Assembly (NCBI GenBank): GCA_964535505.1
Contig: CAZHUH010000002.1
Location: 52,814-116,813, forward strand
Length of the DNA: 64,000 nucleotides
Direction of reading: 5' to 3'
From: an uncultured Oscillospiraceae bacterium
GTDB taxonomy: Bacteria; Bacillota; Clostridia; Christensenellales; CAG-314
A program made the position numbers and the translations under genes. How positions within the stretch are numbered: the stretch's first letter is position 1; every line of letters begins with the position of its first letter. Below are positions 28,392 to 37,465 of this stretch, piece by piece. The notes beneath the pieces were generated by a model that ran no database searches, was not told the DNA's origin, and saw only the letters and a program-made list of their open reading frames with translations.

Positions 28392-28615
28392 TTCTTCCTT
28401 TTGTGAAATCGAACAAGACGACAAAATTGGTGTATAAACACATTTTTAGCTATACGTATGTGCAAAAACTTGTACAAAGTACTTTTTAGGCGCAAGTGTT
28501 GTCGGATGTGATTAGGCGGCAAAACGCTGCAAGAAAGGCGCGCCTTTCCATAAAAGGTTCCGTGAAAGCCGCAAACGTTTCACCATAAATTGTGCCGAAT
28601 TCGCCGACACATCTT

Positions 28616-29653
28616 TTAGTCATTTTTCAGCAGTGAAAGAATTTCTTGTTCAAATTGCTTGACGCCTTGGTCGGCATCCACTGTTTTATACTTTTTGCCG
28701 TTTTTGAAAAACACGAATTTGCCGTTTGCGCCTGCCAAACCGATGTCGGCATCGGAACATTCGCCGGGGCCGTTAACTTCGCACCCCATAACGGCAATTT
28801 TCAACGGTTGTTTTAGGTTTTTGGTAAACTCGTAAACTTCGGCGGCAACCTTTTCCAAATCGATACTGCATCTGCCGCATTTAGGGCAAGAAACAAAGGT
28901 TACACCCTGTCTCAATTGCAGCGCGCGCAAAATTTCCAAACCTGTCAAAACTTCTTCAACAGGGCTGGCGGTGAGTGAAACACGAATGGTATCGCCTATG
29001 CCTTGCAAAAGCAAACTGCCTATACCAATGGAGTTTTTTACAATACCTTGCTCTTTCAAGCCGGCTTCGGTTACCCCCAAATGCAAAGGATAACCAAGTT
29101 TTGCGGCAAGTTGGTTGAGTTTTACCGTTTGGCGAACGTCGCTGCTTTTTACCGAAAGTACCAAATCGCAAAAGTTTTTGCTTTCGAAGTAGCGAACGTA
29201 TTCTTCCAAACTGTTGACAAGTGCCAAACACTTGTCGCCATTGGCGGCTTGCAAATGTTGCTTGTTGACTGAGCCGCCGTTTACACCCAGGCGAATGATA
29301 GTGCCGTTGGCTTTTGCCGCAGCGATAACTTCGTTTAGTTGACGCTTTTCCACATTGCCGGGGTTTAGGCGAATTTTATCCGCGCCGCAGTCTATTGCGG
29401 CAAGTGCCAAACGGTAGTCGAAGTGAATATCCGCCACCAACGGCAAATCAAAAGTTTCGCGCACTTTAGCAAACGCCTCTACCGATTGAACATTGGGCAA
29501 AGCGATGCGCACGATATCGCAACCGACAGACGCAAGTTGACGAATTTGCTCACACGTTCCCTCAAAGTTTGTTACCGGAAGGTTTGTCATGGATTGCACG
29601 GAAACGTTGCCGTCGCCGAAAATCAATCTTTTGTTTTGAACGATTTTTTTCAT
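28616..29653 (-). CDS. ispG: 4-hydroxy-3-methylbut-2-en-1-yl diphosphate synthase
   Basis: 345 aa, colinear with IspG/GcpE. The C-terminal 4Fe-4S ligand region is present (VSCPKCGRC ... GCEVNGPGE). Confidence 0.95.
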   Translation of the reverse strand: MKKIVQNKRLIFGDGNVSVQSMTNLPVTNFEGTCEQIRQLASVGCDIVRIALPNVQSVEAFAKVRETFDLPLVADIHFDYRLALAAIDCGADKIRLNPGNVEKRQLNEVIAAAKANGTIIRLGVNGGSVNKQHLQAANGDKCLALVNSLEEYVRYFESKNFCDLVLSVKSSDVRQTVKLNQLAAKLGYPLHLGVTEAGLKEQGIVKNSIGIGSLLLQGIGDTIRVSLTASPVEEVLTGLEILRALQLRQGVTFVSCPKCGRCSIDLEKVAAEVYEFTKNLKQPLKIAVMGCEVNGPGECSDADIGLAGANGKFVFFKNGKKYKTVDADQGVKQFEQEILSLLKND

Positions 29654-29690
29654 ATTTTGTATTTTGCAGCAAGTAAATTTTGTGAATTCG

Positions 29691-31010
29691 TCAGAACAGT
29701 TTCAGTAAATCTACCAAAACCACGAAGCCCAACAACAATATAAGCCCTATGCCGTTGATCCACGATTCCACCTTGCGGTTTATCGGTCTACCGGCAATCC
29801 ATTCGATTATGACAAACACCATTCGACAACCGTCCAAAGCAGGCACCGGCAACAAATTGAACACCGCCAAGTTGACGGAAATAAGCACAATAAGTGCCAA
29901 AATGCTGGGAAAACCGTAGGATACCACTTCACTGGTGATGCTTATGGTTGTAACGGGACCGCCAATGTCGTTTAGCCCAACCGCGCCTGTGAACAAACCG
30001 CCCAAAGTGCGCAACACCAACGCCGCAACTTCGCCGCAATATGGCAAAACACGTGTGAGCGCTCTGCCGAAATCGAACTTGTAGGCAAGATAGTTTATCG
30101 ACATGCCTATGCCGTTATATTCCTGTTCGACAACGGAAATATCGGGATTGGCTCCGTAAATGTCGGAAACGAGCACCTCGTAGACATATTCTTTGCTGAT
30201 ATAATCCGTATTGTCTTCATTCAATTCATTGCTGACGGAAACAGTTATCGTGCAAGTTTCCTCTTCGTAGTTTTCCAAATATTTGAACAAATCGCCCTTT
30301 TCAAACACCAAATTGCCGTTTATGCAATAAATCATATCTCCGGTTTGCAGCTCGCGTTTGCCGTCGGTTACGCTTACGTAGGTTTTGGAAAAATCCGAAA
30401 CGTTGAAAGAGGTGTAAGTTTCGCGCGTGATGCCGTCCAAAGTTACTTCTTCGCCGTTGCGCAACACCACTATTGTCATTTCGTCCGCCATATAGCGATT
30501 AAGATTGTCCAACATGAAAACCGTTTTGCCGTTTATTTTGTAGATGATGTCGCCCTTTTGCAACTGTTGGTTAAACTGCGGAGCGTAGTCGTAAACTTTG
30601 TTTACCATTGCCACCGTTTCGCCGTAGGCACCGAACAAAATCACGCAAATTAGCACCGCCGAAATGAAGTTGAAGGCTGCGCCGGAAAATAGCACGATAA
30701 GGCGCTTCCATGGTTTTTGCGCATTGAAAGCACCTTCCACCTGCGTTTCGCCGTCCTCACCTTCGAAAGCGCAATAGCCACCCAAGGGAAGCAGGCGCAA
30801 GGAAACGACTTCGCCGTTTTTCCTCTTTTTTGACAACAGTTTCGGGCCCATACCAACGGAAAACTCGTTGATTTTGAACTTCAACAATTTGCCTGCGGTG
30901 TAGTGTCCTGTTTCGTGCACCAAAACCATGAACATTAATATAATAAACGCCAACAGCACGCGGCCGATGGTGCCCATAACCGATTGAAAACTTGCCGATA
31001 AAGTTAACAT
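29691..31010 (-). CDS. rseP: RIP (site-2) zinc metalloprotease RseP/RasP
   Basis: HETGHY (HExxH) lies in the first TM region, followed by a PDZ-like central region and a C-terminal NLLPVPALDG motif. The start is uncertain (31010 or 31037). Confidence 0.92.
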   Translation of the reverse strand: MLTLSASFQSVMGTIGRVLLAFIILMFMVLVHETGHYTAGKLLKFKINEFSVGMGPKLLSKKRKNGEVVSLRLLPLGGYCAFEGEDGETQVEGAFNAQKPWKRLIVLFSGAAFNFISAVLICVILFGAYGETVAMVNKVYDYAPQFNQQLQKGDIIYKINGKTVFMLDNLNRYMADEMTIVVLRNGEEVTLDGITRETYTSFNVSDFSKTYVSVTDGKRELQTGDMIYCINGNLVFEKGDLFKYLENYEEETCTITVSVSNELNEDNTDYISKEYVYEVLVSDIYGANPDISVVEQEYNGIGMSINYLAYKFDFGRALTRVLPYCGEVAALVLRTLGGLFTGAVGLNDIGGPVTTISITSEVVSYGFPSILALIVLISVNLAVFNLLPVPALDGCRMVFVIIEWIAGRPINRKVESWINGIGLILLLGFVVLVDLLKLF

Positions 31011-31185
31011 ACTACCTCTTGTTTTGCGCCAACACATTTTGGCGCACGTTTTTGTTTGCGTTGTGCGTTAAAAAAGCACTTCAATTTTGCTATGCTTCAA
31101 ATTTGCAAAAACAAACATACCATGCTTGTGTGTGCAAAAGAAAACTCGCTTTGTCATTTAGGGCTCGCGCAGACGAAATGCCAAA

Positions 31186-32283
31186 TCAGACAGTGCGTTC
31201 TGAAATCGAATTTGTTGCGTATTCTCGTGCCAAAGCGTCGAATTTTTCTATGTTTTCCACCGTCAAAGGCAAATTTTGCACTTGCGGTGCAAAGTGCTCG
31301 ACAGTTGCAATAATCGTAGGGTAAAACCCATCGAACGGCAATTTTTCCGCCAAAAAACTCTCCACGCAAGCGTCGTTTGCGCCGTTCATAACAGTGCGGC
31401 ACAAAGGCGGATAGTGCCAAATTTCCGCTGCCAACTTTGCGCAAGGAAATTTTTCGAAATTGCATTTTTCAAAAGTGAGGGTAAGCAAATTTTGAAAATC
31501 CACATTGTTAACAATGCGGCGGCTTTCGCCTAAAAGCGCAAGCTGAATTGGCAAGCGCATATCCGGTACCGCCATTTGCGCCGACACACTGCCGCTTTGC
31601 CATTGCACCATCGAGTGCACCACGCTTTGCCTATGCACCACGATTTGGACGTTTTTTGCAGGAACGTCAAAGAGAAAATGTGCTTCAACTACTTCCAGAA
31701 CCTTGTTCATCATGGTTGCGCTGTCGATTGTAATCTTGGCGCCCATGTTCCAGTTGGGGTGTTTCAAGGCGTCGGAAGGCTTCACTTTGTGCAGTTGTTC
31801 TTGGGGCGTGTTCCAAAACGGACCGCCGCTTGCGGTAAGCAAAATTTTGTCGATATCGCTTTTGTTGTGCCCTTGCAAACATTGCCAAATGGCGCAGTGT
31901 TCGCTATCCACAGGCAAAATTTTTCCTTTGCCGACGGCATTTACCAATTCGCCGCCGCACACCAACGTTTCTTTGTTTGCAAGCGCAACGTCCTTGCCTT
32001 GCTTCAAGCAAAACAGCACCGCTTCAAGCGCAACTATTCCGCGCGTTGCCACAACTGCCACATCGCAATCTTTCACCGCTTGCACCAAGCATTGTTTGCC
32101 GCTTTGCGAAATCAGCGCAGTGTAGACCGGGGCAAATTCTTGCGCTTGCGCATTTAGCAGTTGCGCATTGGAATATGCCACAAGGGAAACTATTTTAAGT
32201 TTTTCGGGAAAAGCGCGCACCACATCCAAAGTTTGTTTGCCTATGGAACCGGTGCATCCCAAAACCGCAATCTTTTTCATCAA
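31186..32283 (-). CDS. dxr: 1-deoxy-D-xylulose 5-phosphate reductoisomerase
   Basis: The KIAVLGCTGSIG NADPH motif is present and the protein is colinear with Dxr. Confidence 0.96.
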   Translation of the reverse strand: MMKKIAVLGCTGSIGKQTLDVVRAFPEKLKIVSLVAYSNAQLLNAQAQEFAPVYTALISQSGKQCLVQAVKDCDVAVVATRGIVALEAVLFCLKQGKDVALANKETLVCGGELVNAVGKGKILPVDSEHCAIWQCLQGHNKSDIDKILLTASGGPFWNTPQEQLHKVKPSDALKHPNWNMGAKITIDSATMMNKVLEVVEAHFLFDVPAKNVQIVVHRQSVVHSMVQWQSGSVSAQMAVPDMRLPIQLALLGESRRIVNNVDFQNLLTLTFEKCNFEKFPCAKLAAEIWHYPPLCRTVMNGANDACVESFLAEKLPFDGFYPTIIATVEHFAPQVQNLPLTVENIEKFDALAREYATNSISERTV

Positions 32284-33287
32284 ATAATAAACATAAAGAC
32301 AAACGCGACGAAAACGGCGTTTACCATTATGCCGTCGAATCTATCCATTATGCCTCCGTGTTCACCCAAAATACGGCTGTAATCTTTTATGCCGCAGTAG
32401 CGTTTTACCAAACTTGCAAGCAAATCTCCAACTTGCGTCATTGCCGAACCGACAAGTCCTATTACAGCGTAGATTATTGCAATAGACGCATTTGAAAGCC
32501 GCAACCCCGGGAAAGTCAAACCGAACTGTGCGCCGAAAAGTTTAGCCCAATCGAACACGGCAAACACCACAAACGAACCGAAAAGCCCGCCGAAAAGCCC
32601 GCCGATGGCACCTTCAACCGTCTTTTTTGGGCTGATTTTTTCGCACAATTTGTGTTTTCCGCAAATGCTGCCCACAAAATAGGCAAAAACATCGGTAAAA
32701 GAGGAAACCGCAAACACAAAAGCAATGCTAATTGCGTTGTAGGGCAACAACAACGATCCGGAACGTTCGCCGAAGTACTGCCAAATATCGTATTCAACAT
32801 AATCCAACAGAGGGTTTCCTTCCAAAATGGGAAAGGTGTTCGCACATCTGTTAAGATACAACAGGGCCGACATAAACATGCCGGGGTATACCAACATAAA
32901 AGTTATGTAAATGAGACTATCCACCCTGTTTTGAGCAAGAGCCGTTACCGTTGCCGCCACAAACACCAACAAAGTCAGAAAAACGGTGCCCATAAAGCCG
33001 AACATGCTGTAAGTTAGACCCAATCCCACCGCGTAAAGCCACAACAGCCAACTGAAACAATCGGGAATACGCTCGCGGCCGATGGCACGCCGCATTTCTA
33101 TAACCGCCAGAAAAATGATGACGGAAATTATCCCCGCATTGATAGATCTGCCGCTTATATATTTAAAAACATCGGAACCTTTTCGGTATCCCGGCAGATA
33201 AATATCTATCAAAATCATGCCTATCATCAGTGCAAAAACACCGATTCCCACCAACACACGGTTGACAAGCGATTTTTTGTTTAACAT
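32280..33287 (-). CDS. cdsA: Phosphatidate cytidylyltransferase (longer N-terminus than usual)
   Basis: Polytopic membrane protein with the C-terminal CTP-transferase signature ...SLVKRYCGIKDYSRILGEHGGIMDRFD. Confidence 0.92.
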   Translation of the reverse strand: MLNKKSLVNRVLVGIGVFALMIGMILIDIYLPGYRKGSDVFKYISGRSINAGIISVIIFLAVIEMRRAIGRERIPDCFSWLLWLYAVGLGLTYSMFGFMGTVFLTLLVFVAATVTALAQNRVDSLIYITFMLVYPGMFMSALLYLNRCANTFPILEGNPLLDYVEYDIWQYFGERSGSLLLPYNAISIAFVFAVSSFTDVFAYFVGSICGKHKLCEKISPKKTVEGAIGGLFGGLFGSFVVFAVFDWAKLFGAQFGLTFPGLRLSNASIAIIYAVIGLVGSAMTQVGDLLASLVKRYCGIKDYSRILGEHGGIMDRFDGIMVNAVFVAFVFMFII

Positions 33288-33321
33288 TTATACCTCGAAT
33301 TTTATTGTCTTTTGAAAACCG

Positions 33322-33370
33322 AATGCCGCCATAGGTGCGGTTTCGCTTGCAGAAATCGGAAAGAATTTCG
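33322..33370. repeat. 49-bp perfect direct repeat, copy A (intergenic); copy B at 33421-33469 is the 3' end of uppS
   Basis: AATGCCGCCATAGGTGCGGTTTCGCTTGCAGAAATCGGAAAGAATTTCG occurs twice, 99 bp apart. The flanks show weaker similarity. Confidence 0.95.
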
Positions 33371-33417
33371 AAACATTATTTACCGAAATCGGGGAAAACA
33401 TCGTCGAACAATTTGTT

Positions 33418-34092
33418 CTAAATGCCGCCATAGGTGCGGTTTCGCTTGCAGAAATCGGAAAGAATTTCGGCATATTCATTTTCGGAAAAACCAGGCCAAA
33501 GCGTATCGGAAAAATACAACTCGGCATAGGCGCTTTGAAACAGCAAAAAGTTGGAAAGCCGCTTTTGACCGCCCGTGCGAATTACCAAATCAGGCGCGGG
33601 AATAAAAGCGTTGTACAAATTTGCAGCGATGTTTTGTTCGGAAAGTTCGCGTCCCTCCCGCACAACTTTTTGCGCCGCCTGAACGATATCCTTTCTGCCA
33701 CCGTAGTTTATGCACAAATTTACGCAAATAGCGTCGAAATTCGCCGTTTTTTGCTCCATTTCGTCAATTTTTGCGACAAGACTTTTTGGCAGGCCGTCTT
33801 TTTCGCCGGAGACAACCACGCGCACACGATTTTTGCAAAACTTTTCAAAGCGCGAAAGATATTTTTCCGCAAGGGAAAACAACGAATTCACTTCCATTTG
33901 AGGGCGTTTCCAGTTTTCCGTAGAAAACACGAATAGACTTAGAAACTTTATCCCCTTTTGCAAAGAGAAATCGATTATTCTTTCGGCAGTAGCCAAGCCT
34001 TCTTTGTGCCCTTCAAGGCGCGAAAGGCCTTTTTGCATTGCCCAACGGCCGTTGCCGTCCATTATTATCGCAACGTGAATAGGAACGTTCAT
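33418..34092 (-). CDS. uppS: Isoprenyl transferase (undecaprenyl diphosphate synthase)
   Basis: The HVAIIMDGNGRWA motif is present. The start ATG at 34092 overlaps the TGA of the upstream small ORF (ATGA). The ORF track extends to 34116. Confidence 0.95.
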   Translation of the reverse strand: MNVPIHVAIIMDGNGRWAMQKGLSRLEGHKEGLATAERIIDFSLQKGIKFLSLFVFSTENWKRPQMEVNSLFSLAEKYLSRFEKFCKNRVRVVVSGEKDGLPKSLVAKIDEMEQKTANFDAICVNLCINYGGRKDIVQAAQKVVREGRELSEQNIAANLYNAFIPAPDLVIRTGGQKRLSNFLLFQSAYAELYFSDTLWPGFSENEYAEILSDFCKRNRTYGGI

Positions 34093-34295
34093 CAAACTTC
34101 CAACAGATAACGGCAAACAACAAGCACCAACACGCCGTTTTCTCTGCGCACTGCCGTTACAATCTCCTTGTCGAATTTGTTTTGTTTTCTGTCCGTATAA
34201 TAAACAAACTTGAAATTTGTTTCACCCGTCTTTTGCAAAACCGCCTCAACGTTACAAACTTCAAGTCCGATAAGTTCTTTCATATCCATAACCAT
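34092..34295 (-). CDS. Small hypothetical protein (67 aa), translationally coupled to uppS
   Basis: A strong SD (GGGAGGT) lies 6 nt upstream of the ATG. The composition is protein-like and there is an ATGA stop/start overlap with uppS. No family was recognised. Confidence 0.6.
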   Translation of the reverse strand: MVMDMKELIGLEVCNVEAVLQKTGETNFKFVYYTDRKQNKFDKEIVTAVRRENGVLVLVVCRYLLEV

Positions 34296-34440
34296 AGCGT
34301 TACCTCCCTTTTGGGGGAGCGAAACCTCGTTGCCGCAAGGCGAATTTCGCCACTGTTGCCACCAAGGTGGCGACAGTTTTCCTTAACGCGGCACTACTCC
34401 GCCGCCCCACGAAACAGGTTTAGCCGAGCCCCCGATTGCT
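34296..34440 (-). promoter_or_regulatory. Candidate structured cis-regulatory leader RNA (multi-stem junction with SD-sequestering alternative)
   Basis: On the transcribed strand, the closing helix is GGGGGCUCGGCUAAACC / GGUUUCGCUCCCCC. It encloses hairpins GCGGC-N8-GCCGC, ACUGUCGCCAC-CUUG-GUGGCAACAGU and GGCG-AAAUU-CGCC. The 3' strand CUCCC can instead pair with the SD GGGAG 6 nt downstream. Confidence 0.4.
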
Positions 34441-34486
34441 GCTTGCAATGACGGACAAATTGGGGAGAGTGAAAACAACTCCAAAC

Positions 34487-35062
34487 TTACACCGACATTA
34501 CGTCTGCTTCTTTTTCTTTGGAAAGTTTGTCTACCGCTTCGATTTGTTTGGAAAGTTTTTTGTCAATTTCCTTTTCGTAGTCGGAAATCAAATCTTCCGA
34601 AACGGTTTTTGCATTCTTTTCCTTCTTCAACGCTTCCATTGCGTCTCTGCGAGCGTTGCGCAACACCACTTTGGTGTCTTCGGCAAGTTTTTTCACCTGT
34701 TTTACCAAATCTCTGCGGCGTTCTTCGGTAAGCACGGGAAAAGTGAGACGAATAACGGTGCCGTCGTTTTGCGGAGTTACGCCGATGTTTGCAGAAAGAA
34801 TGGCTTTTTCAACAAGTTTCAAAGCCGATTTGTCCCACAAAGAAATGACCAAACATCTGGGTTCGGGAATAGACAAGTTGCCCATTTGGTTGATGGGTGT
34901 AGGCGCGCCGTAGTAGTCTACCTTTATGTTTTCCACAAGTTTGGGGTTGGCTCGTCCTACACGCATAAGGTTATATTCGCCTTTGGTGTATTCGATTGCC
35001 TTTTCGCATTCGAGATCGAAGTTCAAAAATATTTCTTCAATGTTGGGATTGGCGTAGTTCAT
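34487..35062 (-). CDS. frr: Ribosome recycling factor
   Basis: 191 aa, colinear with Frr (...RVGRANPKLVENIKVDYYG...LTEERRRDLVK...). Confidence 0.96.
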   Translation of the reverse strand: MNYANPNIEEIFLNFDLECEKAIEYTKGEYNLMRVGRANPKLVENIKVDYYGAPTPINQMGNLSIPEPRCLVISLWDKSALKLVEKAILSANIGVTPQNDGTVIRLTFPVLTEERRRDLVKQVKKLAEDTKVVLRNARRDAMEALKKEKNAKTVSEDLISDYEKEIDKKLSKQIEAVDKLSKEKEADVMSV

Positions 35063-35401
35063 AATAATCTCCTGTTACAATAGATTTTTCCCAAAAAACA
35101 ATTTGCTATTTCAAGCTGAAATAAACTTTGGGAAACAATTGCGCCTTTTGTTTGCAGTTAGATTTATGCAAAACGCCGCAAAAACCGTGAACAAACAGGC
35201 ACTATAGAATATTTTACTACATTTATATCTAAATTTCAATAGATAATTGAAATTTTGCGCTCGTCTAGGAAAAACCGAAAGCAATTTCGAGTTCGTGAAC
35301 GACAAACCGCAGTCATTTTCGCGCTTGAAAACGACAAAATGCGAACTATTTCGAGTTCGAAAAAGTCAAAACTGCCGACAATTTTGCCGCTTGCACGCAG
35401 T

Positions 35402-36100
35402 TTAGTGCACAATCGTGCCCAACTTTTCGCCATTCAAAATGCGCAAAATTCCGTTCGGCTCGTCCTTGCCAAAGCAAATTATGGGCATTTTGTTTTCACG
35501 TGCCATAGCAACTGCCGTGAGATCAAGTGCTTTCAAGTTGTCGGCAATAACCTTGTCGTAGGAAATTTCGTCGTACTTTTTCGCCGCCGGATTTGTTTTG
35601 GGGTCGCTGTCGTAAATGCCGTCGATGGCTTTCGCACAAAGCACGGCGTCGGCGCCTATTTCGCAAGCGCGCAAAACCACAGCCGTGTCGGTAGAAAAGA
35701 AAGGCGCGCCTGTGCCGCAAGCAAACACGGCAATGGCACCTTCTTCCATTGCGCCGATGGCATCGAAAACGTTGCAGCAATCGACAACTTTGTCGACAGC
35801 CAACGACGAACACAAAATAACCGAGTGGATTTGGGCTATTGCGTCCACCAATGCCAGCGCATTCATAAGCGTTGCCATCATGCCGATTTGATCGGCAGTA
35901 ACTTTGTTCATATTTTCGCTTGTTCTGCCGCGCCAAAAGTTTCCGCCGCCCACCACCACGGCAAGTTCTACTCCGCTGTCGGCGATGTCGCAAAGTTGCG
36001 CGGCAACTTTGGCGGTTGCCTGTTCGTCAATGCCAAAGCCATTTTCGCCGGAAAATGCTTCGCCGCTTATTTTTACCAAAATTCGGTTGTATTTTTTCAT
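35402..36100 (-). CDS. pyrH: UMP kinase
   Basis: RILVKISGEAF ... VVVGGGNFWRG motifs are present. Confidence 0.96.
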   Translation of the reverse strand: MKKYNRILVKISGEAFSGENGFGIDEQATAKVAAQLCDIADSGVELAVVVGGGNFWRGRTSENMNKVTADQIGMMATLMNALALVDAIAQIHSVILCSSLAVDKVVDCCNVFDAIGAMEEGAIAVFACGTGAPFFSTDTAVVLRACEIGADAVLCAKAIDGIYDSDPKTNPAAKKYDEISYDKVIADNLKALDLTAVAMARENKMPIICFGKDEPNGILRILNGEKLGTIVH

Positions 36101-36482
36101 ATTACACCTCTTGTACCGCTTGTGGTTGTTTCAAGCGCAATTGTTTGAATTCTATGATAACGTTGGCAATGCAAATTAGACTTACAACCATCAGTCGCCT
36201 TTCGGCACCGATTCCCTTTACACATGGGACCCAAATGCGGCGCGGACCGTCAAGAACGCCGTTCCCTGCACATTTCCCCCCCAAAAAAAACCATTCGAAG
36301 CATTGCGACCTTTACAAAATCTCTCAAATGCCTACAAGCAGAACGCTCTCAATAATTCGCCACTACTTGAGCCGCCGACTGCGCAAGCACACCCATATCA
36401 CCGAGCGTGTTTATACACATTTTTGCGACCACGTATGTGCTAAATTGTGTTTTTTGCTCAAACATTTGACAAAGAACTTTTG

Positions 36483-36519
36483 AAAAAAAGGGGAACAACA
36501 CTGTTTGCATTGTTCCCCG
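36483..36519 (-). terminator. Intrinsic terminator after tsf
   Basis: On the minus strand: GGGGAACAA-N11-TTGTTCCCC followed by T7. Confidence 0.8.
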
Positions 36520-36528
36520 AAAATTTTG

Positions 36529-37464
36529 TTATTTGTTTGCGCCTTTAAGTTGTTGAGCAATTTCTTCAACAAAATTGTCGTGACGTTTTTCAATGCCTTC
36601 GCCCATTTCGTAACGAACGAATTTGTCGACGGAAATCTTTGCGCCGATGGCTTTTTCACAGTCGGCAACAACCTGTTTCACCGACAAAGCGGAATCACGC
36701 ACATATTCTTGTTCCAATAAACAAACTTCTTTGTAGAACTTGTGAATGCGGCCTTCCACCATTTTTGCGATAACGGCATCGGGTTTGCCTTCGTTTTTGG
36801 CTTGCGCCGTCAAAATTTCTCTTTCCGAATCGAGTTGGCTTGCGTCAACGTCGGAAACGTTTACGACTTGAGGTTTGCTTGCCGCAATTTGCATGCAAAG
36901 GTTTGCCGCAAGTTCGTTCAATTGTTCGCCGCTGCCCGTTGTGGAGAGTTGACACAACACGCCGATTTTGCCGCCCATGTGAATGTAGCTTGCAATAATG
37001 CCGTCACCCGTTTGCACGTATTTGGAAAATCTGCGCAAAGCGATTTTTTCGCCGATAGCAGCCGTTGCTTCTGCAATAAGCACGTTGATGGTTTTTGAGG
37101 TATCGCCGCAATAAGCTTCTTCCAAAACTTCTTCAACGGTTGTGGCAGCCGATTGCAAAATGTGGTTTGCAATGTTGTTGATCAAGGAAATAAATTGTTC
37201 ACTGCGAGCAACAAAGTCGGTTTCGCAGTTGATTTCCACTGCTACCGCACTCTTTCTGTCGTCGGAAACAACGCATTTTACCAAGCCTTCCGCTGCAACA
37301 CGTCCGGCTTTTTTAGCGGCACTTGCCATACCTTTTTCGCGAAGATATTTTATTGCTTCGTCAAAGTTACCGTCTGTTTCTACAAGCGCCTTTTTGCAAT
37401 CCATCATGCCAACGCCTGTTTGTTCACGAAGTTTCATAACGTCTTTGCTTGTAAAGTTTGCCAT
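36529..37464 (-). CDS. tsf: Elongation factor Ts
   Basis: MANFTSKDVMKLREQTGVGMMDCKKAL is the canonical EF-Ts N-terminus. The ORF track start at 37503 was rejected. Confidence 0.96.
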   Translation of the reverse strand: MANFTSKDVMKLREQTGVGMMDCKKALVETDGNFDEAIKYLREKGMASAAKKAGRVAAEGLVKCVVSDDRKSAVAVEINCETDFVARSEQFISLINNIANHILQSAATTVEEVLEEAYCGDTSKTINVLIAEATAAIGEKIALRRFSKYVQTGDGIIASYIHMGGKIGVLCQLSTTGSGEQLNELAANLCMQIAASKPQVVNVSDVDASQLDSEREILTAQAKNEGKPDAVIAKMVEGRIHKFYKEVCLLEQEYVRDSALSVKQVVADCEKAIGAKISVDKFVRYEMGEGIEKRHDNFVEEIAQQLKGANK

Positions 37465-37465
37465 A

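Noticed and set aside
33288-33527. 79-aa ORF spanning the uppS-cdsA spacer
   Set aside because: It is an artefact of the 49-bp duplication: the same peptide, FFPISASETAPMAAF, is read twice. It is out of frame with uppS and has no SD.
36276-36290. C7A8 homopolymer tract as a phase-variation switch
   Set aside because: It lies deep in the pyrH-tsf spacer, not within or near an ORF start or a promoter spacer that I could identify. It is probably incidental.
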